Assembly: GCA_028356125.1 (NCBI GenBank)
Contig: JAOMTZ010000004.1
Coordinates: 25,552 to 89,551 of the forward strand
Source of the DNA: Candidatus Poseidoniaceae archaeon
GTDB taxonomy: Archaea > Thermoplasmatota > Poseidoniia > Poseidoniales > Poseidoniaceae
Direction of reading: 5' to 3'
Length of the DNA stretch: 64,000 nucleotides
Shown: in pieces, positions 47,860 through 56,652 of the stretch
Numbering within the stretch: position 1 is the stretch's first letter
How the letters are laid out: each line of letters begins with the position of its first letter
Notes under the pieces: generated by a model
Seen by the model: the letters and a program-made list of their open reading frames with translations, nothing else
What the model was told of the DNA's origin: nothing
Database searches by the model: none
Translations under genes and position numbers: made by a program

Positions 47860-48678
47860 TCAAGGAATCATTCGTTCTATTCTACGTATAAACAGTTGTA
47901 GCGGGATAATGCTCCAAAGTATTGCAGCAAGGCTTGCAATCATAGGTGATACCCCTCGGTCAATATCATCAAGTGGTAATTCTAGCAAGTGGTGATAAAC
48001 TCCGTTTGGAGAGAATAAATCCATTATTGCTTCAATTTCAATATATTCTGCAGAATTGAGATTTTCAACGCCGACGCCAAATAAGCCTGCAGTTACAGTA
48101 GTCAGAACAAGCCACAGCAAAGTGAATATCATCCATACCCCCAATCCTACAGCTATTGAAGAACCTAGATCTTTGGCCCATGAAGATGCAAGTAATTGAA
48201 TCAAAGTATACCACAGTAATAGTAAACCTGTAGCCAAGGTATGAATGAATAGTTCTTCTATGCTGGGAAGATCATCTAACCTATACCAGATAATCCCCAA
48301 ACTGATGATATTCAATAACAGAACAGGAGCAAAAATCGCTCCCCAGTGCCCAATCAGTAAAGCTCTAGCATATACTGAGCGACTAATTGGTTGTGATAAT
48401 TTAATTTCTAAAACACCTGACAAACGGTCCCTACTAACTCCATCGAATGAGATTAGTACCGCTCCCATAGTAGCAGAAAAAACGATGAATGCAGTGGAAG
48501 CAAACATTACATCGTAAGCAGAGTCAATCACTAAATCTGCAGGCAGATTTGCTTTTGGATCAGATAGCCCCCAACTTGAGAATAAGATGAACATTGCAAG
48601 AAGTGGCCATATTACTAACATACGTCCTGCAGACATGCGTTCCTTCATGATGTGCCAACCTAGAGAGTAAGCACTCAT
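47860..48678 (-). CDS. ABC-2 type permease (NosY-like)
   Basis: FDGVSRDRLSGVLEIKLSQPISR; 6 TMs. Confidence 0.85.
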   Translation of the reverse strand: MSAYSLGWHIMKERMSAGRMLVIWPLLAMFILFSSWGLSDPKANLPADLVIDSAYDVMFASTAFIVFSATMGAVLISFDGVSRDRLSGVLEIKLSQPISRSVYARALLIGHWGAIFAPVLLLNIISLGIIWYRLDDLPSIEELFIHTLATGLLLLWYTLIQLLASSWAKDLGSSIAVGLGVWMIFTLLWLVLTTVTAGLFGVGVENLNSAEYIEIEAIMDLFSPNGVYHHLLELPLDDIDRGVSPMIASLAAILWSIIPLQLFIRRIERMIP

Positions 48679-49499
48679 TCTTCTTCAACTCCTATTTGTT
48701 TGAAAGGAAGAAGGTCATCATTAGAAAGATCAAGAGAGATGTCTTCGGGGGAGATTCCAGTAACGGAACAAATCATTTCTACTATCCCTGAGTCTGCATC
48801 AAGTTCGAGTTTCTTGCGGACATTTGGTAATGTGCCTTCAATCAGTAACTGTCCGTGATGTAGAAGGGCAATCCTGTCAACTAGAGTCTCTAAATCGGTC
48901 ACTTGGTGTGAAGAGATCACTATTGCTACTCCTTTAGATGCTAAATCTTTCAATAGGTTACAGAACGCTCTCTGAGCTAGGGGGTCTAGTCCGTTCAGAG
49001 GCTCATCCATAACCAGTATTTTCGGGTCACCAAGTAATGCACAGGCTAAAGAAAGTCGTTGACGCATTCCTTGAGACAAATCGTCCAGATAATTTTCAGA
49101 TTTCGATGAAAGTCCAACCTTTCGAATAATGTCATCAATGTCGACATATTTGTCCCTCATCATAGCAATTGTCCGCAATGAGTTTCGAACACTGACCCTA
49201 CCTTCCCAACGTACCTGTTCTGGCATGTAACCAATTCCAAAACGACGTGAAGAACTCGATTTATTGAAGCCGTCACTATCATACAATCCACAAATAGCTC
49301 TCATGAGAGTGCTTTTACCTGCACCATTTGGACCAATAAGTCCTAGAATAACACCCGGTTTAATCTCTAAGTTAACCGAATGTATTCCGGGGCCATCTCT
49401 TTTAGCCCATGGTTTCCAAGTTGAGAAGTCCCTCATCTTGTGCCGCCAAGACACATTGGTTAGAGTCAGGGCCGGCTCCATTGAACCCGAAGCCAGCAT
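48675..49499 (-). CDS. ABC transporter ATP-binding protein
   Basis: GPNGAGKST, LSQGMRQR, DEPLNGLDP, SSH. Confidence 0.9.
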   Translation of the reverse strand: MLASGSMEPALTLTNVSWRHKMRDFSTWKPWAKRDGPGIHSVNLEIKPGVILGLIGPNGAGKSTLMRAICGLYDSDGFNKSSSSRRFGIGYMPEQVRWEGRVSVRNSLRTIAMMRDKYVDIDDIIRKVGLSSKSENYLDDLSQGMRQRLSLACALLGDPKILVMDEPLNGLDPLAQRAFCNLLKDLASKGVAIVISSHQVTDLETLVDRIALLHHGQLLIEGTLPNVRKKLELDADSGIVEMICSVTGISPEDISLDLSNDDLLPFKQIGVEEE

Positions 49500-49513
49500 A
49501 CACCCATTACAAT

Positions 49514-50371
49514 GTGCCGCTTGAGTATTTGATTGTGGGTTTCACTTATTGTTTCGAAGTGATAGGACATACTGTGTTCGGAGGTATTCTAGCATCTGTT
49601 GCCCTCGTGGCAGCCTTGTTCGGAATATTGAAATGGCGTTCAGAAGATTTTGATAAAAATCTAATGATTTCACTTTCGGTTTGCATAGCATTGTTGTGGC
49701 TAATTCCTTGGGGTGTTTTTGTCATAATACCCGTTGCCTTAGCGGTTTCATTTGCTAGCCCTGCTGGCCGAGAAGACTGGAAATTATTCAAAAAAAGGCG
49801 TATTGCTGCAAGTTTGGCCCTAGTTATAATTCTGAACTCATTTGCTTTCTACCCAGTGTCAACACCTGTCGGAGCAGAGGAATGGGGAGAACCTATTTCG
49901 ACAGAAAATCCGTATGCCTCATCTTGGCCAGCTAGTGAGCAGCATACCTGGTTATATGATGGTGCAATTATTGGTGTGGTCAATGTACGCACGCCTCACA
50001 CTTTCAGCCCATGGTCGCAGGAATCCTCAACAATTGCATTAGGTGTAATGCTTGGAATGCACGAAGAACGTATGCGTCAATCGATTGAAGAAATGAACTC
50101 TTTACTTGGTTTCAGTATAGATGCTGAAGCATTCTTGCTGGAAGAAGTCGAGACAGAAGGATCTCATCAATATGGAGGCGAATACCAATTCATTGCACGC
50201 TTCAATGTGAAACGAGACGACTTTGATACTACTTTGGCTGATGTATTGATTGTTGGTTTCCCAAACATTGGTGGGGAAGTCGAATTACTAACCATCACTA
50301 GGCCGATTATTTCTTCACAAGAAGATATTTTCGAAGAAAAGATTGTCGTTCAGTACGCGGATTCTCGATGA
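49514..50371 (+). CDS. Hypothetical membrane protein (start uncertain)
   Basis: N-terminal TMs and a soluble C-terminal domain; the track start overlaps the opposite gene. Confidence 0.65.
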   Translation: MPLEYLIVGFTYCFEVIGHTVFGGILASVALVAALFGILKWRSEDFDKNLMISLSVCIALLWLIPWGVFVIIPVALAVSFASPAGREDWKLFKKRRIAASLALVIILNSFAFYPVSTPVGAEEWGEPISTENPYASSWPASEQHTWLYDGAIIGVVNVRTPHTFSPWSQESSTIALGVMLGMHEERMRQSIEEMNSLLGFSIDAEAFLLEEVETEGSHQYGGEYQFIARFNVKRDDFDTTLADVLIVGFPNIGGEVELLTITRPIISSQEDIFEEKIVVQYADSR

Positions 50372-50394
50372 AAAGAACCTGCGAATAGACAATT

Positions 50395-50410
50395 TTTAGG
50401 GGAACCTAAA
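50395..50410. promoter_or_regulatory. DtxR/SirR/MntR-type metal box TTTAGG-N4-CCTAAA (box 1)
   Basis: tttagg-ggaa-cctaaa, a perfect inverted repeat just upstream of the TATA-like ttatgta. Confidence 0.65.
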
Positions 50411-50428
50411 CCTTATGTATAGCCGGCT

Positions 50429-50444
50429 TTTCGGGCGACCTAAA
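50429..50444. promoter_or_regulatory. DtxR-type metal box (box 2)
   Basis: tttcgg-gcga-cctaaa, one mismatch, 14 nt before the ATG. Confidence 0.6.
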
Positions 50445-50458
50445 CCGGACTGAATTAC

Positions 50459-52663
50459 ATGACTTTGAGATTGAAATCTATGCTAATGATGATGTTGATT
50501 TGCAGCGCTGCTCTTGCAGGCTGTTTAGGAAGCGAAGATGAGGGTGAAAAATCAACTTCAGGGGTATGCTCCGGAGATGAACTCATAGTAGCTTATGAAA
50601 TTAAAGAAGATATGCCAGCAGATGATATTCAAAACCCGCAGCAAATCGCAAACTACCTATGTGAAGAACTAGGTATGAATGTTAAAATCTACGAAGTCGG
50701 TAGTTCTGGGCTAGCAATGGAAGCATTGAGGTTTGGTAATGCAGATATTGCCCTGAATATCGATGGTGGTCCTGCTTGGGTTGGATGGAATGCTTACGGT
50801 CTGGATGTAATGGCGGCTGACACAAAGAGCGATGGTAGAGCATACTATGAAGCTCATGCATGGGTGAAGGCCGGTTCAGAGGTTGCAATTGCTCACCTTG
50901 ATGGCGACGACTCAACAGATCCTTTCTCCCTTCTAGCCGGAAAAACTTCGTGCCATACAGGATGGTTGAAGTCTGCAGGTATGCTAATGCCAATGGGTTA
51001 CTTAATCGGTAATGGATATGTTACTGTTGAAGGAGATATGTCTGACACAGAGACTCTTAGAGTTACTATCAACGACTATTTCGACGGAAGTACAGGTGCT
51101 GGAAATGCAGCATCAATACCTGAAAGTGGTGCTCTATACTCTGGTTACAATGGTGCATTGGAATGCCTAAGCTCAGGATACGGGGACGTCGCCTTTGTCA
51201 AGGATTCAACACCGAACTCCTATTGTGCAAATGAAGATGCAGCACTGAACGAAGCATGGTGTCTTGACATCACAGAGTATGTTGCTCTACCAAAGTTCGG
51301 GTCATCTCCAAGCCACTCTGTAATGTTTAACGACGCAGTTCTTGATGACGATAAGGAAGAAATGATTAGAGATGCATTAGTTGATATGAAAAAGGACGTT
51401 GGAGGTCTAGAAATTTTGAACAATGTTCTTGGTACTGATGCAATGATTTCTACAGACACAGAAACTCACCTTGGTACATATGGTGCGGCATTAATGAACA
51501 TCCCTGGAATCTCCAGTAAATACGGAAATGCATTTACAGATGGGTCTGCGACTGGTTCAATCAAGTCTACAATTAACATTGCATACTACCTAGCGGAAGA
51601 TTCCACAGTAGATGCAAATGCACAAGGAATGGCTGACAGATTGGCATCAGATCTAGGGGTAGATGTCAACTTGTATGATGTTTCATCAGAAGGAATGATT
51701 ATCCAAGCTCTAAGATTTGGAAATGCAGATATCGGTTTCATGGAAGGAGGACCTGCATGGATCGGTTGGAAGCAATATGGATTATCTGTACTAGCAGTTG
51801 AAACTACAACTTCCACCGGAGATACACATTACAATGCTTCTGCATGGGTTCTGAAGGGCTCAGATATTGCTGATGCTCACCTTGATGGTGATGACTCAAC
51901 AGATCCTTTCGCCATGCTAGAAGGAAAGACTTCTTGCCACACAGGTTGGTTAAAATCAGCAGGTATGCTAATGCCAATGGGTTACTTAATCAAGAATGGT
52001 TACGTAAATCCAGTGGGAGATGCTAGTGACATTAATTCTCTAAGAACTACAATCGATACACACTTTGATGGTTCACAAGGAAATGGAAATGCAGCATCAA
52101 TTCCTGATTCTGGAGCATTATACTCTGGATATGGCGGAGCAATTGAATGTCTAAGTTCTGGCTACGGTGATGTTGCTTTCGCAAAGGGCGATGATTACAG
52201 CACTCCACAAAAGTACTGTGGCGATGAAAACTCATCCAACAATGAAGAATGGTGCTTAGAAATGGATCAATATGTGCAACTGTCATCTTTCGGACAGTCT
52301 CCTAGCCATCCAGTAATGTACAATCCAGAACTATTGGATGTTCACACAAGAAACGCTATTCTGAATGCAATGTTGAGTTGGAGTGACGAAATGTGGATTG
52401 AAGATTACCCTATGGGTGGACAGAATTACACAGGCTGTTACAACGTTATCACCCACCAAGTAGCAGACATCCCAATGAATCAATGTGGTGGAGAAATAAT
52501 TTCCACAGTTACATCGAAAGGATTCAAGCTAGTTGCAGGAAACAGCCAGAATCATCTTGCTAGTTATTCAGATCTACTAGGTTCAATACCAGGACTATCT
52601 GAATACTATCATTCTTCAGACAAGTATGGAATTACAGATGCTGAAGATTCCGAGCAGAGTTGA
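50459..52663 (+). CDS. Bilobed transferrin-like substrate-binding lipoprotein (PhnD/transferrin superfamily)
   Basis: LAGC lipobox; two lobes each with (D/E)GG, Y-x-A-x-AWV, KTSCHTGWLKSAG, YSGYxGAxECL..GDVAF and PSH, matching the transferrin motifs [27 protein letters not shown] and PSH. Confidence 0.85.
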   Translation: MTLRLKSMLMMMLICSAALAGCLGSEDEGEKSTSGVCSGDELIVAYEIKEDMPADDIQNPQQIANYLCEELGMNVKIYEVGSSGLAMEALRFGNADIALNIDGGPAWVGWNAYGLDVMAADTKSDGRAYYEAHAWVKAGSEVAIAHLDGDDSTDPFSLLAGKTSCHTGWLKSAGMLMPMGYLIGNGYVTVEGDMSDTETLRVTINDYFDGSTGAGNAASIPESGALYSGYNGALECLSSGYGDVAFVKDSTPNSYCANEDAALNEAWCLDITEYVALPKFGSSPSHSVMFNDAVLDDDKEEMIRDALVDMKKDVGGLEILNNVLGTDAMISTDTETHLGTYGAALMNIPGISSKYGNAFTDGSATGSIKSTINIAYYLAEDSTVDANAQGMADRLASDLGVDVNLYDVSSEGMIIQALRFGNADIGFMEGGPAWIGWKQYGLSVLAVETTTSTGDTHYNASAWVLKGSDIADAHLDGDDSTDPFAMLEGKTSCHTGWLKSAGMLMPMGYLIKNGYVNPVGDASDINSLRTTIDTHFDGSQGNGNAASIPDSGALYSGYGGAIECLSSGYGDVAFAKGDDYSTPQKYCGDENSSNNEEWCLEMDQYVQLSSFGQSPSHPVMYNPELLDVHTRNAILNAMLSWSDEMWIEDYPMGGQNYTGCYNVITHQVADIPMNQCGGEIISTVTSKGFKLVAGNSQNHLASYSDLLGSIPGLSEYYHSSDKYGITDAEDSEQS

Positions 52664-52713
52664 ACTGTCTCCTCTAAATAGAATAATTCTGCGGAGGCAC
52701 TGGGGATGATTGC

Positions 52714-53430
52714 TTGGTAGGTGAGGGGGAGTCTTCCGGAAGTGTAGAGGCTACACAAGCAGATGACTCGCAAGCACTTGTTTTACAAGATTTGTCAGTG
52801 GGGTATAACCAGCCTTTGATTTCCAATATCAACAAGAAGATAATGCCTGGAGAATCAATAGCTATTTTGGGTCCATCTGGTATTGGGAAGACAACACTAC
52901 TTCGAACGATTGCTGGTCTGATTAGGCCGCTTTCAGGTACGATATCCCATGATTATCCAGATAGAAGTGGAATTGGATATATCCCTCAGAGGTTAGGTTT
53001 AGTACGCCACTCTACGGTTAGGAGTAATATTTCGATAGGAGCAAGATCTCGTTGTTCAAAATGGTACCCTGCTCTATTTCCCCTACCGAGTGAGTTGAAA
53101 AATGATGTTGATTCTGCTATGGAGTCTCTAAACATCATGGACTTAGCAGATGAGCCAGTCAGGATTTTATCTGGCGGTCAGCAACGTAGAGTTGCCATTG
53201 CTAGAACTCTTATTCAGAAGCCAAGAATAATTCTTGCTGATGAGTTCCTGGGCGAATTAGATAAGGATAATGTAAAATCTATAATTGAGGCTACTAGGAA
53301 GGTAGTTGACGACATAGGGGCTACTTTAATCATGGTTGAACACCATGAAGAAAGAGCAATCGAAATGGCTGATCGTATTTGGAGAATAAAGGGTAATCAA
53401 TTAATCGAGGAAGGTGATTTGAATCAATAA
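52714..53430 (+). CDS. ABC ATPase, PhnC-like
   Basis: GPSGIGKTT, LSGGQQRRVAIAR, ILADE. Confidence 0.88.
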   Translation: MVGEGESSGSVEATQADDSQALVLQDLSVGYNQPLISNINKKIMPGESIAILGPSGIGKTTLLRTIAGLIRPLSGTISHDYPDRSGIGYIPQRLGLVRHSTVRSNISIGARSRCSKWYPALFPLPSELKNDVDSAMESLNIMDLADEPVRILSGGQQRRVAIARTLIQKPRIILADEFLGELDKDNVKSIIEATRKVVDDIGATLIMVEHHEERAIEMADRIWRIKGNQLIEEGDLNQ

Positions 53431-53434
53431 GAAA

Positions 53435-54379
53435 TTGGTTCTTGTAGGATTTACCCTCTTTCTCTTGGCTTGGTTATCATTGGATGACTTGGTCGAAGAT
53501 TGGAGCCAAGTAGAGAGTGCTCCTGAAAAGTTAGAGGTATTCTTCACAGAAGATCTTTGGCCACCTGACTGGTCAGTATTGGAAGCTGAAGAATGGGCCG
53601 ATGGCTCACTTCACAAGCCAAATGGAGATATTTGTAATGAAGATGTTGAACTATTTTGCTCAAAAGCTTGGACTGGTATGCTAATCACAATCAAGATGGC
53701 ATTTGTTTCAACCCTTATCGGATTTATGTTTGCAGTACCTTTAGCATCTCTCGCTGCTGGGAATTTGACACCGTTACCAATCGCAATACCGGCGAGAATA
53801 ATATTGGCCGGGCTCAGAAGTTTACCGAGTATCATTTGGGCATTGCTGTTTGCAATCGCCCTTGGATTTGGGCCTCTACCTGGGATTTTAGCAATGACAT
53901 TGTACACGATTGGTTATTTGGGGAAGTTGCAATACGAAGCAATGGAAGGCATTTCCAATGCTCCATTAGAATCTGCTATGGCCATGGGGCTAACTCATTC
54001 TGAACGTTTAGTCCATGTTGTGATTCCTGAATCAAGTAACCACTTACTAAGTCAACTACTATTCATGTTCGAATACAATGTTAGGCACGGTACAGTGTTG
54101 GGGTTGGTCGGGGCTGGCGGAATTGGAATGTATATTGACAATTATATAAATCCGCCATTCGCTTATGACCGAGCATTCGCTCTTCTAATCGTAGTATTCG
54201 TTGTGGTAGTAATTATTGATCTAATTTCGATGTTCATACGCTCATTCGTTACAGAAGAAGGAGACGTTAAGCGACCTAAATGGTGGACTGTATTGCTTCC
54301 TGCTGGAACTGCTGCCGATTACTATCACAAATTCTCAAAAGGTAAAAAATCAGATACATCAATCGGGGAATCTGAATAA
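53435..54379 (+). CDS. ABC permease, PhnE/PtxC-like
   Basis: PPDW, LRSLPSIIWAL, GKLQYEAME, FEYNVRHGTVLGLVGAGGIG. Confidence 0.88.
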   Translation: MVLVGFTLFLLAWLSLDDLVEDWSQVESAPEKLEVFFTEDLWPPDWSVLEAEEWADGSLHKPNGDICNEDVELFCSKAWTGMLITIKMAFVSTLIGFMFAVPLASLAAGNLTPLPIAIPARIILAGLRSLPSIIWALLFAIALGFGPLPGILAMTLYTIGYLGKLQYEAMEGISNAPLESAMAMGLTHSERLVHVVIPESSNHLLSQLLFMFEYNVRHGTVLGLVGAGGIGMYIDNYINPPFAYDRAFALLIVVFVVVVIIDLISMFIRSFVTEEGDVKRPKWWTVLLPAGTAADYYHKFSKGKKSDTSIGESE

Positions 54380-54389
54380 TCTTAGCATT

Positions 54390-54713
54390 TTATCTTCTTA
54401 ATTTAGCAACCGTCAAGTATGCTAAGTTCCTGATTGGTAAAGGTATAGCCCATGCGAATGGGTAAATCCATATCCAATTCCAACGCATATACAACAAGCA
54501 TCTTATTGCGGCAGAAGAACGAGTATATGCTCTGCCCTTTCTTATCAAAACCAATGAATCCACATTGATTTGATGTGCTTTTAGCAACCCTATTCCAACA
54601 TCAGATTGTTGCTCGGTAATATCGAGTTCTCTAACTTGTCGATTGGATATAAATTTCCCAGAGCGAGTGCATAGGCCGCAAATCCCATCGATGAGAAGAG
54701 TATCTCTTGACAT
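54390..54713 (-). CDS. DCC1-like (DUF393) thiol-disulfide oxidoreductase
   Basis: DGICGLC, YTRSSAA, IRNLAY..VAKLR. Confidence 0.85.
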   Translation of the reverse strand: MSRDTLLIDGICGLCTRSGKFISNRQVRELDITEQQSDVGIGLLKAHQINVDSLVLIRKGRAYTRSSAAIRCLLYMRWNWIWIYPFAWAIPLPIRNLAYLTVAKLRR

Positions 54714-54715
54714 GC

Positions 54716-54928
54716 TTACTCTGCAGCAATGTGAACATTGCCATCTTCGTAATAGATCTGAATTCTACTTGGCAATTTTTTGGTTAAAGAAGCAACACCT
54801 TCGTAGATTTCGTCTTCTTTACATTTGAATGATTTAGCCGCAGCTTTACTTGACCATGCGACGGTTTCAAAGTCGGATTGTCTTATCCACTCAAACAGGC
54901 GTAACTCAAATTCAGTTAAGTCTGACAT
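54716..54928 (-). CDS. Small hypothetical protein, possibly winged-helix
   Basis: MSDLTEFELRLFEWIRQSDF...; start set downstream of the gpsA stop. Confidence 0.6.
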   Translation of the reverse strand: MSDLTEFELRLFEWIRQSDFETVAWSSKAAAKSFKCKEDEIYEGVASLTKKLPSRIQIYYEDGNVHIAAE

Positions 54929-54965
54929 AACACGCCCAGAGTGTCGCAGCACATCAAGGCTACCA

Positions 54966-55964
54966 TCAGGATAGAGCAACCATTCTTCTGCAGCATTCTT
55001 CTGCATCGATGTAATCATCAAGAAGTGTATTGAGTGCTTTGACGAATGGAACTTCGATATTCATATCAATCGCTCTATCTCTAAACATTCGAGCAGCACG
55101 CACTCCTTCAGCGACCATAACCATCTCTTCAAGCGCTTGTTCAAGATTTAGTCCACTTCCTAATTTCTCTCCCATTCTTCGATTTCTTCCGTGAGGTGAA
55201 GTTGCAGTTACGTAGAGGTCTCCTAGTCCGGCTGGTCCAAAAGCAACTTCTGCTCTGGCACCTAACTGTGGTAAAAGCAAGCAACCTTCACGGAAACCTG
55301 CATTGAAAATAGCAGCCTTGAGGTTGTCTCCTCCTAAACTTCCATTCTTCTTTAATCCGTCAACAAGACCACATGCTAAAGCTACAACATTCTTGAAAGC
55401 ACCCCATAATTCAGCTCCAACCGGATCTGATGCAGCGTGAAGAATGAATGTAGGTGTGGTGAGGGTAGACGCTAGTCTTTCAGCGACAGACATGTCTTCG
55501 CTAGCAACTAATGCGGTAGTCATTACTCCACCTGCGGCTTCTGGTGCAATAGTTGGCCCAGTTAGGACTGCAAGTGGATTATGCATATTTCTCTCATCTA
55601 ACATTTGGTGAATTGCTTCACTGATTAGGCGTTTACCTGGTGCTAAACCCTTTGCTAGGTCCAATAGGACATGTCCTGGGCGTAAATGATCAATGATGTC
55701 TTCAACGACGCTGAGTATAACAGAAGATGGTAAAGCGAGGACAATGATTTCGCTCCCTTCTAATGCTTCTTCAACATGCATTGTTGCTTCTAGGCCTTCT
55801 AATGAGTGTTCAGGAAGATACTTGTGATTCATACCTTCCATAGTAATTGACTCATATACTTCCTGTTCAACAGTCCATCCCTTGACTTTGTGTCCATCAA
55901 GTAGCCATAATCGTGCAATTGCGCTTCCCCAATTCCCCAATCCAAGCACTGCAATGTGAGCCAT
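54966..55964 (-). CDS. gpsA: NAD(P)H-dependent glycerol-3-phosphate dehydrogenase
   Basis: GLGNWG, AKG, GPTIA, GAFKNVVA, AGLGDLYVT..GRNR, AEGV. Confidence 0.92.
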   Translation of the reverse strand: MAHIAVLGLGNWGSAIARLWLLDGHKVKGWTVEQEVYESITMEGMNHKYLPEHSLEGLEATMHVEEALEGSEIIVLALPSSVILSVVEDIIDHLRPGHVLLDLAKGLAPGKRLISEAIHQMLDERNMHNPLAVLTGPTIAPEAAGGVMTTALVASEDMSVAERLASTLTTPTFILHAASDPVGAELWGAFKNVVALACGLVDGLKKNGSLGGDNLKAAIFNAGFREGCLLLPQLGARAEVAFGPAGLGDLYVTATSPHGRNRRMGEKLGSGLNLEQALEEMVMVAEGVRAARMFRDRAIDMNIEVPFVKALNTLLDDYIDAEECCRRMVALS

Positions 55965-56070
55965 AATCTCTCGTGGCTAATCAATCACCTTTAGGGGATT
56001 TCCCTATTGTAGGTGCTAACAAGCGATTTATGGAAGTCTTCCTAGAAAACCAAACCAGGGTTTCTTTCTA

Positions 56071-56631
56071 TCATGGAAACCACTGAGGATGTTTAATCAT
56101 ACAAATCTTGAATTCATCACTAGACAAATTTTCTTCCAGCCATTTGTGAACATTATTCCACCCTTGAGAGTCAAACCATTCTCTATCATGATTAGCGAAT
56201 TGTCTGATGAATGGGAAAATAGCATCACTCAAGTTTCCATTGGGAATTTGATCATCTAAATCATGGATGAATACACTTGCTTGTGTTCTGTGGTGAATCT
56301 TGTCGGCATCTTCGTAGCGATTAGGATACTTGTATCTGTCAAGATGGAATTTGAACTCATCATCGTTCCGGTTTATCCATTCTTTTTCGTCAGTAGTTAG
56401 TTTCCAAGATTGTACATATTCCATAATCTCGAGACTTTCTTCGATTACAGTTCCATCAGCAAGCAATAACACTGGGACAGTGCCTTTCGGAGATATTTTC
56501 ATCATATGTTCAGGTCTATCCCTTAGGATAACTTCGCGATGCTCAACTTCAAAATTGGTACGAACTATTGCCATCCTAGCACGCATAGCGTATGGACATC
56601 TTCTGAATGAATACAGTATAGGCAGCGCCAT
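56071..56631 (-). CDS. Glutathione S-transferase family protein
   Basis: LYSFRRCPYAMRAR, SPKGTVPVL, ESLEIM. Confidence 0.9.
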   Translation of the reverse strand: MALPILYSFRRCPYAMRARMAIVRTNFEVEHREVILRDRPEHMMKISPKGTVPVLLLADGTVIEESLEIMEYVQSWKLTTDEKEWINRNDDEFKFHLDRYKYPNRYEDADKIHHRTQASVFIHDLDDQIPNGNLSDAIFPFIRQFANHDREWFDSQGWNNVHKWLEENLSSDEFKICMIKHPQWFP

Positions 56632-56652
56632 ACTATCATACTCAGTGTTTAA

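Noticed and set aside
50459-54379. Plain phosphonate transporter phnCDE annotation
   Set aside because: The binding protein has transferrin iron ligands and SCHTG motifs, the promoter has DtxR-type boxes, and no phosphonate catabolism genes are adjacent. Not formally excluded.
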